From Fistulifera solaris (Eukaryota), in NCBI GenBank assembly GCA_030295235.1, contig AP026123.1:248001-312000 (forward strand): a stretch of 64,000 bases of DNA, given 5' to 3'. A model generated the notes under the pieces. That model ran no database searches. It was not told the origin of the DNA and saw nothing but the letters and a program-made list of their open reading frames with translations. How positions within the stretch are numbered: the first letter of the stretch is position 1; each line of letters starts with the position of its first letter. Positions 1-11,582 of the stretch are shown one piece after another. The position numbers were made by a program, and so were the translations under genes.

Positions 1-387
1 CGCTACCGCACCCGATACAAACGCCGAAGCTGTGGATGACAAAACACTTTGAACCTGTTCTTTGGTACGCCCGTAAACAGAGAATTGCACGGCCGCGTAA
101 CCAATCCACAAATACACGGCCGCTAAATTGCCCCGAAACAATGCTGAAATTCCTCCTTCATTTTGTACAATATTGACCCAAGACTGCCACAAACTCTCAC
201 TCGGGTACAATGTGGCGGGCGTTAATTGTCGTCGAATGCGAATGAGATCGAGAGGAGCCGTGGCCATGCGAGAACCGGCTCCGGCGACACCTCCGGCTAC
301 CGCATTGTGCCAGGACGGATGAGAAAGAGTTGTCTTGTCTTTCTTATCATCATCATCGGCGTCGACGCTGTTGTTGTTGTGACTCAT
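1..387 (-). CDS. Mitochondrial carrier (SLC25) family protein, N-terminal part; resembles thiamine pyrophosphate carrier TPC1/SLC25A19
   Basis: Not in the ORF track because it runs off the window. Manual translation from ATG 387: MSHNNNS...AVAGGVAGAGSRMATAPLDLIRIRRQL...ALFRGNLAAVYLWIGYAAVQF, containing the PxD/ExxK/R carrier signature. Confidence 0.85.
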   Translation of the reverse strand, partial: MSHNNNSVDADDDDKKDKTTLSHPSWHNAVAGGVAGAGSRMATAPLDLIRIRRQLTPATLYPSESLWQSWVNIVQNEGGISALFRGNLAAVYLWIGYAAVQFSVYGRTKEQVQSVLSSTASAFVSGAVA

Positions 388-1076
388 GAGAAATCAAGCT
401 TATGATATCAAATCAGTCCTTCTTTCTCTTGACGTTCGAACAGCAAGTCGGGAGCAGTATTGCCAAGGCGATCCCAATGGAAACAGCAACGATGAGCGCT
501 CGTTCTATTCGTGGCTCGGTTTCGTCATTCTCATTATCAGCATCCAAATTCAACTCTTTGCTCCTTTCCATGTATCACGTGCTCATTCAACCAACATTCA
601 GTCTTTTTTTTATATAATGAAGGGAATGATAAATACATTTGACGAATGAATAACAGAAACGCCAGTTTTCCACTTGTAACCTTGCGGATAGAACCAACAA
701 GCCGTTCATGACTGAAATGCAGTCGTGGTTAAGTCGATACATCACTTTTGGGCGCGTATGGCGTATACTTGTACCTTTTCGACATCATTCATCCGTCAAT
801 ACGCAATACGGGCATTAAAAATGCTAAGGAAGAGCTTTTCATTGATAATAAGATCAAGTTAGGCCATCAAGCTTCTAAACCGAGAGAAAGTGAGGTAGCA
901 ATCTTGCTTCGATCATTTTGGTAAAAGGTCGCGTAAGCCGTACTACGAATTATCTACCAGGTACTGTACCTGTACTGGTAGCATTGAGCATTGAGAGGAT
1001 CATTCATTATTTATTTAGGTTGACCGTTGACACGCTAATACAAGAACCATCACAACTCATTGCCACGAGAAAAGGA

Positions 1077-1916
1077 ATGCAAAACGAACGGACATGGCAA
1101 TTCTGGGATGACTACTACACATCGCAAGAGAAGGATGCCCAAGAATGGATTGTAGAACCAACGATCGATCTTTTGGAGAAATTGTCAGAGCATTTGCCTC
1201 GGCACAATCGCACCATTCATATACTCGAGATTGGATGCGGTATATCTACTTCGGCGAGAGACTTTTATAGCTATTTGTTGAAGAAAAACATTGATGCAAA
1301 TGTCATTGCGACCGACATTAGTCCAGTGTGTATTGCATTGAATCAACAACGTGATGACTTGACACCAACCGAACACCGCTTCGAATATCGAACTCTAAAT
1401 GTTGCGGAACAGCATCCTGATCTCAACGAGTCTTTTGATATTATTCTCGATAAGGGATGCTTGGATACCTTTGCGTTTCGCAGTAAACAACGGGGTCAAA
1501 ATCAACCGTACGCTTTATTGATTCGGACGGTACTCGACAACATTCATTCGTGGCTTCAACCCGATGGAGTTTACTGGGTCCTTACACCACGGCGAAAGTT
1601 TCGTTCGGTACGGGATTTTCGAGGATTTGAGACTGTGCACCGTGTCGAACTGACCACGATCCCACGAGGCGAGTTGGTATCCACACAGCAGCATACGTAC
1701 CTCCACGTGTGCCAGAAAAATCAACAGTATCTTCCAAATACAGACGATCATGCCTTTTGCAAGGGACACGAAGAAACCATAGATGACGACAGCTCTTGTC
1801 CGAAGTGTCACAAAACATTTTATGAGTTTCGTAAAGGAGAGCCCATGGATGGTCAGGGGAAATCTGTTTGGTGGCGACGATGGAGAGGCCACTGTCGGCA
1901 TTGCAAGCGGAAGTAA
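1077..1916 (+). CDS. Class I SAM-dependent methyltransferase (EEF1AKMT4/METTL13-like N-domain) with C-terminal Cys/His cluster
   Basis: FWDDYY, ILEIGCGIS (motif I), ATDIS and FDIILDKGCLDT motifs; C-terminal CPKC...HCRHC. Start placed at the first ATG, 1077. Confidence 0.8.
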   Translation: MQNERTWQFWDDYYTSQEKDAQEWIVEPTIDLLEKLSEHLPRHNRTIHILEIGCGISTSARDFYSYLLKKNIDANVIATDISPVCIALNQQRDDLTPTEHRFEYRTLNVAEQHPDLNESFDIILDKGCLDTFAFRSKQRGQNQPYALLIRTVLDNIHSWLQPDGVYWVLTPRRKFRSVRDFRGFETVHRVELTTIPRGELVSTQQHTYLHVCQKNQQYLPNTDDHAFCKGHEETIDDDSSCPKCHKTFYEFRKGEPMDGQGKSVWWRRWRGHCRHCKRK

Positions 1917-2041
1917 GACCCTGTATTATTTTAACTTGCAATTTGCGATCAGACGGACATAACATATAAAGCGTGAAATCTTTTTCTTTATAAATTTTGA
2001 TAAACAAAACTTGTTCAAAATTGGCTCAGATCGGATGAAAT

Positions 2042-2858
2042 CTAAGCGGCGGCAGCAGTTATGCATTTGGATTCCGCGAGAAAGCCTTCCACTTCCAAAA
2101 AAAGATCTCGAAACTCGGACATGTGAGAATCAAACGCTTTTGCCTGTTCGTTCAATTCAAGAATGGCCGCGAAAGCGACGAGACTTCGTAAAATAAGAAT
2201 CGAAATGGGAAGATACTTGGAGGGAACATCCTCGTCCATGTCATCTTCGCACTGACCGCGAAGAAGAGAAAAGGCCAGATTAAACAACTTGAAGGCATTC
2301 TCGGAGTGCTGTCTTGCCTTGTTTGGTTCCGAAAGCAAGGCCAAGCACTTGTACACATTTCCATAGTTCTGGAGAATGACCGACGACTCCAGGTCCAGTT
2401 CTACCAACTCATCGGCATCGTAGCTTTCGATGCGGATGAGAAAAGCAAGTGTTCTTTGTGAATACACTTTGACTCTTGAGAGCCTCAACCACAACAGTGG
2501 CGGCCTCGTTCTCGGTGAGGAGGCAAAAGTCGATTTCTCCCCCTGGCTTGCCGACGGAGCTTCCGATACTGCTCGCCAAATCTTGTCTGGCCCGACGAAG
2601 CTTCTCACCAGTTGTAGAGATGGAACCCAAGGCGCGTGGGTGCAAGCTCTTTCCAGATTCTTCCACAGCGTATCTGGAGATGTCTCGCATGATGGCCAGG
2701 GCATCGTTGAAAGCGGCTATGGCAGGTCGGAAGGAATGGCGTTGAACGAGAGAAACGCCAATGTTGTTCAAAGCCACGGCGGCTGCGTATGCCTCATCCA
2801 GATGAAAGGACATGCTTTCGTCAATGCAATCCATTGCTGTGAAGGGGGCGAAACTCAT
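2042..2858 (-). CDS. Hypothetical diatom-type helical protein, one frameshift near 2450
   Basis: ORF 2409-2930 (AAVALNNIGVSL...) joins ORF 2042-2704 (LAFLIRIE...VILQNYG...AAAA*) across a 1-nt shift. Confidence 0.6.
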
Positions 2859-4393
2859 TGTGTTGAGCAATTTTGATGGGAGGAAAAGAGGGGCAAAGTG
2901 AAGAGTGAAGAGCAGATCAGCAAGCGTCAAGCACGAAGTTCACATGCAGTTTTCACTTTTCACAGTCGACGAGTACATTCGTTCGTGTTATTTTTGATGC
3001 TCGATTCTCCCCCCAGAATCTTCAACACGGAAACTGTTTTGAAGTATCAAATATCAAATGCCAATGAAGAAGCAATCCTACACTCTACTATGACTCGAAA
3101 GGCTTAATAAGCCTGCAGTCGAGACTGGAGCGGAAAGTACAGATCTTCGATCTTATGGCCCGTGAATGACATGGGGTTCTATCGCAAAAAGGTATGAATG
3201 GCCCCCAAATGACACGAGGCTTCCAGGTGCTTCCTTCTGCAAATTTTGCTCGTGTTCGTGGTTCTTCTTCCGCTTCCATGAAAAGTGTGACGGCTATGTT
3301 GAATTGCCGTACTTCTTGCATCTCACACAAAACACGAGCACGAGACACATTACCATCTATGTATCAAAGAATCAAAGAGGAGCAAGAAATAAATAATCAG
3401 AAAACGAGATACGAGATACGAGATTGCAGATCAAAGTTTCAGATTAACTAGAGACCCTACGGAGTACGGAGTATACATAAGTTCTTACCAGGTAACTCTC
3501 TTCTCTCTTCCTCTTCAAACTTCAAAAAGTCAACCAACAACCGCTAAACAGGGGAGCCAGGAGTCAAGAGGCAAGAGTCTCAGGTCCAGAGTCCAGAAGT
3601 CCAGAGTCCAGAGGAGTTTCAGTCGTCTGTCGTTAGACCCAGTCTTTAGTTTCCTGAGTTGAAAGTTGAAATACTTCAAGGTTCATTGCTTTTTGACTGT
3701 TCGCTGTTCCCAGCTAATCCCGCTGGTTCCCGCTTTTTCAAATCACAAACACAATCCTATAAATTTTTTCGGACTATTGCGAAGCAGCCGTTTATCTACA
3801 ATAAAGTGACGGTATGAGTTGCACCTCAAAATCCCAGCCGTCACACGAGACACTAAGTCAAGGATCATAGCCCGTTCAATCCCAAGCTGAAACAGTCGAC
3901 GCATGAATTTCAATTACCAGGTACTCCGTACTTCAATGTCTTACGGAGCTCTTCGAGCTAAGATCTTGATGTGACTAATGAACCGTATAAAGACGGAATC
4001 GACTAAATGATGTCATAGCATAAAGTGCTGCTGATCAGGCTCCGATCCTTACTACAGTAAAGTCTAGTCAGTCTGCGGAGTATGGCTTCCCGTTCACCTT
4101 AAGTTACTGACGACTGACTCTTTTTTTCATTCACGGTTCACGCGATCACGAGGCACGCGCGCACGAGGTGGTGCGACGGTACGTCCGTCGTATGTCAATC
4201 CTCCGTGGCAGACTAGCGTCAGTCACGGACGGTTTGCGACTGCGCGAATGAATGGCGGTGTCCTTCACCTTGCGTTCACATACATTATCTATTGTGAATG
4301 GCGATCGTTGTTGTTGCATCGTCTTTACTAACCCTCACTGACAATCTATCTTTCGCAATCGATGCCCATACCACAAGATTTATCAGTTATTCA

Positions 4394-6374
4394 ATGAAGG
4401 ATCCGCGAAGAGCGCTTCCACGAATTTTCTTTGCCTTTTTCGTTTTGAATTTGATCGGCATCTCTCGCGCGTATCTTCCGCCACACAATCACAAAGTATA
4501 CCAACTTCATACTTTCAAAAGACAAGATGTTTTCGCTTTACATTCGTCGCGCAACCAGATCCAGAGTTCACAGGGAACTGAGGACGAAGGGTCTCTGCGA
4601 GCCCAGCTCAATCAACAACAGCAACAAATAAATCTTCTTTTGGAATTGCTTCAGAAAGAAAAACGAGGTGACAGCCCCATTGCAACGAGAGAAGCACCGA
4701 CTTCTACATCATATTCACCGCCAAGCACTTCTGTTGCATTGGCACCCTGTAAAGTTATGCTATTCATAGACGGAACCTGGCTGTATTATAGCCTTCATGA
4801 ACGAAGTGAACGAGACTGCCCCCTTGATCAAGAAATTTGGCAGAGGATGGCAGCAAAGGTATATGATAGACTGGGAGGCATTACCGCGCATTATTTGCGA
4901 AAAGTTACAGGATCCTGGGTGGAGGACAACATCCGACAATCAGTCCGACTTCCGGTCCCTGGAGGTCGTTCGAGCTAATGTCTTCACCTCCTACAAAGCC
5001 GATACTTCTCCGCTTTCATGGCGCTACCAGATGTTCGAGGACATGAAAGCAGCCAACTACGATGTGCATATGATGCAGACCGTTGGAAGGGGAGAAAAAT
5101 GCGTCGACATCCAATTGTAAGTTCCTTTCAAACGAAGAAGTATCATCAAAAACTTTGTTCACTATCTCACTTTTCGACTTTAGAGCTGTCGAGATGCTTC
5201 ACTTCGCGACTGTACCACACGCTTACGACATCGCCTTACTATTGACTGGCGACAAAGATTTTATGCCAGCCATGATCCGAACGCGACAAAAAGGGCGAAA
5301 AGTCGGATTGGTTAGTATGCGGAAAGGATGTAATCGGGCGTTGTACGAAACGGCCGGAGTGAAAGACTTTGATGTTTGCTGGATGGAAGAGTTTATTGAC
5401 GAGTGGGTTAAACCTCGTAACGTTCAGTCTGAGGAAAGATCGCTTTACTCGACAGCATTTTTGTTCGCATTGTGGCCGATTTCATCGTGCATTCGAACTT
5501 GCCGCAAGTCTCTTCCAGGGATCTCGGACGGTATTTGAAATTCCTTGGGTTACCTGGTAGTGATGCACAGAATTCTGTTCTCAAAGAGCTAAAGACGCTT
5601 TACGGAGGCCTTTCGCAGTTTCTTGCAAGTCAGATTAGATATTTTATCATGCACTACCGTGAACAAGGCACATTCAAAGAGGACTCCAGTGACAACTCAT
5701 ACTTTGTATCCCTTAATCCCGACGCAGACACGAATGCTCGACCTCCTTTCTGGTCAGGCCCAGAACAAGAGTTTTTCCGACAATATACAACGGATATATT
5801 AGAAGAACAGCGCTTGAAAGCATATCATCACTCACTAATGGCAAATCATTCACCAATGAGAAATATGGAAATTCAGCCTCATGAGAAACGATCCAAACTA
5901 CCCGAAGACTTGACCAGAGATTATAGTGTCCTCACTGTGAACGATTTGAAAGCACGCTGCCGGGAACGTAACCTTCCAGTGTCTGGTGTGAAAGCTCAGC
6001 TTTTAGAGCGCATAAAACAGGATAACGAAAAGCAAATAGCGCGATTGGCAGAAGAGAAACGGCGCGATCGTTCCCCACCGCCCAGAAGTTCTTCAGTAGT
6101 CTCAAGCTTCGACTACTTACATGACCTTGTCGTCGAATATGTAAAAGCTAGGGGCGGCGAAGCAACGTCACGTGATGTTGGAAGATATCTCGCAGCAAAT
6201 CGTGGGTCTAAAGCTAAATTCGGGGCCTATGATGATGGAATGACTGCTTTACAAGAACTCAAAGAAAGGTTTGGAAGTCTCCTTTCTTTTGTAGCGGTAC
6301 AGTCTGATCTCATTGCAACAAAAGCCGAGGAGACCCACGATCATTCGTTTTTTATTACACTGAAAGGTCGATAG
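4394..6374 (+). CDS. NYN (LabA/DUF88, PIN-like) ribonuclease-domain protein with SAP domain and two LOTUS/OST-HTH-like repeats; probable plastid presequence
   Basis: NYN motifs MLFIDGTWLY, EKCVDIQLAVEM (across intron 5117-5183) and LLTGDKDFMPAM...GRKV; SAP motif LTVNDLKARCRERNLPVSGVKAQLLERI; frameshifts near 4822 and 5465. Confidence 0.8.
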
Positions 6375-6819
6375 CGGTTTTGAAGATTGCAGTGAAATAT
6401 TATACAAAACATCCCTAGAATTCCATTGGGAGGCGACTGCTAGTCTCCTGCTTCGTTAGCAAAGCGGAAAGAAAGTAAAACTCTCAAAGCACATGAAGAC
6501 AACGATTTCACACGTCGGTATTCATGGGCATGTCGATGATGTTTCGTGAAAACGGGGACGCTACTACCCTGCAGCGATAAAGTAATAGGAGTACCAGGTA
6601 GCACACTAGGTCATCGTTTACTACGGAGTATACGTTAAAAACTTATCGTTTCTTGTTTTCATGATGTCCCTTCTTTTTGTCAATCGGCTGCTTTCGAGTT
6701 GTTTGCAAGCCGAGAGCAATTGCAAAAATTCAACTTTAGATCAGTATGAACTCAAATTCTAGTAATTTTATTATTGCTGGATGGAAGCGATTCGACACGA
6801 CGACGCTGTTGCGATTGCA

Positions 6820-8073
6820 TTACATCGCCAAGGAAGCACGTCGGGATCGCCGTGGGCGCCCACCATCCGCGCCACTCGGCGTTTTGGTTCGCAACTGCGC
6901 AAATGTTTCTTCTCTCGTACTTCGTTCGGGTTTCGGTGAGCGAGACCTCGTTTTGGACGGTGCCTTACGACGTGCTTGTTGACTGACTTCTAAATCACCA
7001 GCAGCATTGCGGCTGTGTCGTCCCGTTTCCGCGACAGCAAAGGGATCAAAGTTGACATCTCCCACCAGAAAACCGTCCGTGTCAATGACCGTGGCCGCAC
7101 CGCTCTTTCTGGCTTTTGGCCGCGAGCCCGACTCGAAAGCATTCCATCCATCATCCGAAGGCCAACTTTGCTCGGGTGGTGGTGGTGGTGACTTGACTGG
7201 TTTCGTTGGTGGAGCGGCAGCAGCCGTCGGTGGTTTCTTTTTCAATACTTTTTTCTTGACGACTCCAGTTCGGCTACTACTTGGATTATTCCCGCTTCCA
7301 GTACTTCCCCCGGAACTCGACGAACGACTGGGTCTCGTCGAAGGTTGCCGAGTCGTCTCTTGGCGAGCATCGAGTGGGGCTCGGACCGCACTGGGAGCGG
7401 GTCTCCGCTTGAGCTGCGCCGCGGAAACAGCCGCGGGACGGACCGCCGGCGGTGCAGGACGACGAGCTGTTGTTGTTTGCGCCGATGGACGTACCGAGCT
7501 CACCAAATTCTTGCGCTTGGATGGATTGAGCATCATGGGGAAGGAATGTCCCGGGCCTCCTCCAATAATCATGGGCGGCAACGTGTCTTTATAATGCTCT
7601 TCGTCGGGAATATTTGTACCTTGCATGACAGTTGGAGTCGTCAAATCACTGACAACGGAAATATCATCCGAAACACCATGTCCCACCATCGGGTAGTTCG
7701 CATCGTCGTCATCTTCATCCTCTTCGGATTCTTCTTCCTGCGTAGGTTGCGGAGGAGGAGGTGCTCGGGAGGAACTCCGTGCCGCGCGCCTGTTTTCCGA
7801 TGAGCCTCCTCCTCCTCCACCGAGCGACCGCGCCTCCGCATGCGCTTCTAATGCCGCAATAATCTGAGGAGCTTCCTCTTGTGCTTGTTGTAGTTTTCGA
7901 ATGATGGCATCAATTTGGTCATCGTCGAGTTGTCGCACTCCATCCGCAATGCCTCCGCCTTTTCCTACCGACTTCGCTAACGCCCCAACATCCCCAGAAT
8001 CAATGCCTACCGCTCGTAATAGCGTCACCAAGCCATTCAAACGTTCATTGACGGCATCCACATCAATTGACAT
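6820..8073 (-). CDS. Hypothetical low-complexity protein (417 aa)
   Basis: Long uninterrupted ORF with a helical N-terminus, Pro/Ser/Arg-rich body and DDISVVSDLTTPT motif. Confidence 0.7.
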   Translation of the reverse strand: MSIDVDAVNERLNGLVTLLRAVGIDSGDVGALAKSVGKGGGIADGVRQLDDDQIDAIIRKLQQAQEEAPQIIAALEAHAEARSLGGGGGGSSENRRAARSSSRAPPPPQPTQEEESEEDEDDDDANYPMVGHGVSDDISVVSDLTTPTVMQGTNIPDEEHYKDTLPPMIIGGGPGHSFPMMLNPSKRKNLVSSVRPSAQTTTARRPAPPAVRPAAVSAAQLKRRPAPSAVRAPLDARQETTRQPSTRPSRSSSSGGSTGSGNNPSSSRTGVVKKKVLKKKPPTAAAAPPTKPVKSPPPPPEQSWPSDDGWNAFESGSRPKARKSGAATVIDTDGFLVGDVNFDPFAVAETGRHSRNAAGDLEVSQQARRKAPSKTRSRSPKPERSTREETFAQLRTKTPSGADGGRPRRSRRASLAM

Positions 8074-8760
8074 TGTTCTTTTGTCTGCTTTCGCAATAGA
8101 GTGACTATGAATATATTAAAGAGGTAATTTCCCAGTGGCTCCTTTCAAAACGACTTGTTTCTCACGCAATAATTACGCTCCCCTTTTCCAGTCTGCAACC
8201 AACCAGACAACAATGAAAGGATCACAAGAATGCGAATGAAACGCAGGAACAATATAGCAATGGATGGTGTTATAGCGTTTTGTTATGCCAGAAAACACCA
8301 AAGGAGAGCGAGCCAGGCAGTCACGACGTGACTGCGCAGGCGAAAAAATTATTGAAAGACCCAATAAGTCCCAGGACCGGCACTGCTATGAAGCAACCTG
8401 TAAGGCGAAAAACGCATAATGACTCCCACATAGCTAGTATCATATTGCTTGTACTTTGGGACTTTTAAACGGTACTAATCATACTATGGTATTTAATACA
8501 GTTCTAGATCGGAGAATTTTGTCTCCCATCGTCGTTTGAGTGCTGCTACGACACTATTATCAAAAAAGACCCGGAACTTGAAGTGGTGCTTTGACACGTC
8601 ACGGACGCAGAAACGGGTCTGCAGCAGTGCGGCATCTTTCGCGAGCTCGGCTCGTTCAACAAAAAGCCAAACGGAGAAAATCTTTCGCCGCAAACAGTTC
8701 TCGTTGGTCACCAAACCCTTGTTTTGCTCATTATTTCTTCCATTCAACAATCAATTCATC

Positions 8761-10222
8761 ATGAAGTTGACAGTAACTTTGGGAGTGTTGTCATCTCTTT
8801 TAGCGGGCTCTTCGGCGTTTGTCGTGGCACCGCAGCAGCATCGTATGCTGCCATTGGCTTCGTCCGTCGCCGCCGATCAAGCGCCCCCTCTTTCTCCTTT
8901 AACACTGTGGGGTGAACGTATTTCGGATATTCGAAAATTGCATCAAGAAATGAGACAGAAAGAGTTGCCCGAATTTGCTCCGGAATTATCGGCCGTGAAA
9001 GATCTGGGCCTGCAACGAGAGGATGTCGAAGCGCAGCTGCAGTACGTCAAAGATCATGCCATGGAAATCAAGACAATGATGCAGAAACATGGTGCTGTTA
9101 TTTTCCGGGACTTTGATTTGATGAAAACTCAGGACGGATTCCAACAATTTTACTCGGCTTTGGGAATGAAAGTGTGTTTGGATCCGTTGCATTCGGTATC
9201 GGCGCGACCGACGGTCGATGGCAAGAAGAATTCTCCGGTTTATGAAGCTGTCAACAAGGAATCGCGAAAGAACTTTTTTATTGGTATGTAGAATGGTAAG
9301 GTGTGTAATTGTTTGTCTCAGCGTCTCTCACAGAATTGTAATAAAACTAAACAGGAATGCACAATGAATTTGTGGGTACCCGAGCCCCCCGTGCGGCTGC
9401 CTTTGTGTGCTTCAAGGCCGCCGAGACGGGTGGAGAATTCTCGTTGCCGATGGAAGACGCTTGTTCCGTGACTTGGATGCAGACTTGGTGGAAGAATTGT
9501 ACAACCGACAAATTCGTTATTCGGTCATGGAACTTCCCTTCTTTGGCTGGATTGATAACTTGCCAGGACCCTTACAAAACGTAGCCATGGGTGTTACGAA
9601 AGGACTCGTGACGGCAGCGATCAATGCGAAAGTTGACTTTGACGTGGATTTGTTGTGGGGCGAAGGTGGTTACGATAACACAAAGATGCTGCAAGCACGC
9701 GCTCCCAGTCAACCACCCATTGTCATTCACCCGGTAACGCAAGATCCCACTTGGTTCTGCAATGTTCATTCGCATTCCAGCAAACTCCGAAAAGATCGTG
9801 AAGCCATGTAAGTGTCCTTGAGTACTTGAGAATTTTAAGACTTTTCTAGGTTTTAGCCACTCATATTTTACCCTTCCGACAGTTACGGAGCCGAACGCTT
9901 CGAGGATGGCGCCAGTCAAATCAACAAGTCCGATATGTTTTACGGTGACGACGGTGAGTTGACGGATGAACAGCTGAAACAAATAGACGAAGTAACCATG
10001 AAGAATGTCAAATTCGTCAAGATGACCGAAGGAGATGTTGTGTTGTTGGACAACTACAAGACAATGCACGGAAGAAATGTCTTTGACGGTACAAGAAAGC
10101 ATGGGGTAGCATGGTTCGAAGGATGGGAAGGTGAAGAGGAAATGAAAAAGACACTGGTAGGTTCCGAGCAAACAAAGTCGGCAGCCTCGAAAAACCTTTT
10201 CTTTGCCGATGTTGCGAACTAA
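8761..10222 (+). CDS. TauD/TfdA (clavaminate synthase-like) Fe(II)/2-oxoglutarate dioxygenase, plastid-targeted
   Basis: Signal peptide with SSA-FVV; HGAVIFRDF, GMHNE (HxE), AETGGE and LLDNYKTMHGR motifs; introns 9284-9354 and 9808-9882; frameshift near 9440. Confidence 0.85.
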
Positions 10223-10352
10223 TTACGGAAGCGAGCCCATTATCTTGTTGACGACAAAGTAAACAACAAACAAACTATATTTAGTATAGAGTACCTTGGT
10301 GTTACGATCTGGTTTATTCTATTATTTCCTTTTCAATCACTGATTGTGTTGT

Positions 10353-11399
10353 CTACGCTGTAGTAGGATCGCCGCGCTTGTCTCCTTCCCAGTGATAAAA
10401 GCCTTTGCCCGTCTTTCGACCCAGATTGCCGGCATCCACCATACTCTTCAAACACTTGGGAATCACAAACGCGGGTTCATTGGGATACTTTTCGACCCAT
10501 CCTTTGGCAATGAAATAACAAGTATCTAGTCCAATGTAGTCCGCCAGATGCAAAGGCCCCATGGGATGTCCTGCACCCAATTGCATCGAGATGTCAATAT
10601 CTTTGATCGAGGCATCGGCTCGATCCACCATCAGCATGGCCTGCAGTAGTGCTGGCACCAAGAGTCGATTCACAATAAATCCTGTCGAATCGATGTGAGC
10701 GATGTCTCGGTGAGAACGGATACGCAAAGAATCAATTGTGCCGACAGAAAACGTACCTGGTGTATCTCCACAGGAAACGGCAACCTTGCCAATATCACCC
10801 ACCCAATTGTACGCCTTTTCAAAGACAGCTGGATCTGTTTGTTCCGTTCGAATGACTTCTACCAGTTTCATGATTTGCACTGGATTAAAAAAGTGAACAC
10901 CGACAAAGTTCTGCGGTCGTCCCGAAAACTGCGCCATTTCGGTAATGGACAGAGACGACGTATTTGACGCAAAGATCGTTTCCGGCTTGCAGGTTTCTCC
11001 TAGATTCGTGTAAAGACTTTGTTTGAGATCCATGTTCTCAATGACAGCTTCCACAATAAAATCTGTATCCGCCAAAAGTGCCATGTCCGTGGTGAAAGTG
11101 ATGCTTTGCAAGGCCTTGTCGGCATCTTCTTGTGACATCTTTCCTTTCGAAACCAGCTTGCCGATCGAACCTTCAATGCGTGCTTTACCACTGTCGAGAT
11201 ACTTCTGTTCCTGCTCGAACGCAATCACCTGAGAGTGTACACCGGAAGTAGCGGCGACCTGCGCGATGCCGTGACCCATCAGACCCAACCCAATTACACC
11301 GACTTTGTCAAAAGCTACCGCAGTCGTCGCCGAGTACTGTCTGCCAGTCGTCTTGGCGATCCGGAAGATAGTTCTTGTAATAGTGGAATGGTTCAACAT
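10353..11399 (-). CDS. HADH: 3-hydroxyacyl-CoA / 3-hydroxybutyryl-CoA dehydrogenase, mitochondrial
   Basis: VGVIGLGLMGHGIA (Rossmann fold), ASNTSSL, GVHFFNPV and GHPMGP motifs. Removing the in-frame 75-nt GT-AG intron 10682-10756 restores DTPGFIVNR. Confidence 0.92.
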   Translation of the reverse strand: MLNHSTITRTIFRIAKTTGRQYSATTAVAFDKVGVIGLGLMGHGIAQVAATSGVHSQVIAFEQEQKYLDSGKARIEGSIGKLVSKGKMSQEDADKALQSITFTTDMALLADTDFIVEAVIENMDLKQSLYTNLGETCKPETIFASNTSSLSITEMAQFSGRPQNFVGVHFFNPVQIMKLVEVIRTEQTDPAVFEKAYNWVGDIGKVAVSCGDTPGTFSVGTIDSLRIRSHRDIAHIDSTGFIVNRLLVPALLQAMLMVDRADASIKDIDISMQLGAGHPMGPLHLADYIGLDTCYFIAKGWVEKYPNEPAFVIPKCLKSMVDAGNLGRKTGKGFYHWEGDKRGDPTTA

Positions 11400-11582
11400 G
11401 GTGTCTTTGGTTGTGCGTATAGACTCTTTAAAAGCGAAGACGAACATAGTTTCGTGAAGATGTCAAGGGAATAATGCAAAAAAGAACGCGAAGTACCTGG
11501 TATCTTTCGTTGGCCCATGAGCACGAGCTCAAAATAATTCATTTGAAGCCGGTACGACGCAGCATCACTAAAATTGAAAACC

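Noticed and set aside
3400..3615. CGAGATA and CCAGAGT micro-repeats
   Set aside because: Short simple-sequence repeats with no further structure.
7007..7803. Long antisense/overlapping ORFs (also 20286-20954, 46961-47566, 60032-60610)
   Set aside because: These are shadow frames of real genes with no motifs of their own.
10682..10756. 25-aa insertion in HADH
   Set aside because: It is an in-frame 75-nt GT-AG intron; removing it restores DTPGFIVNR.
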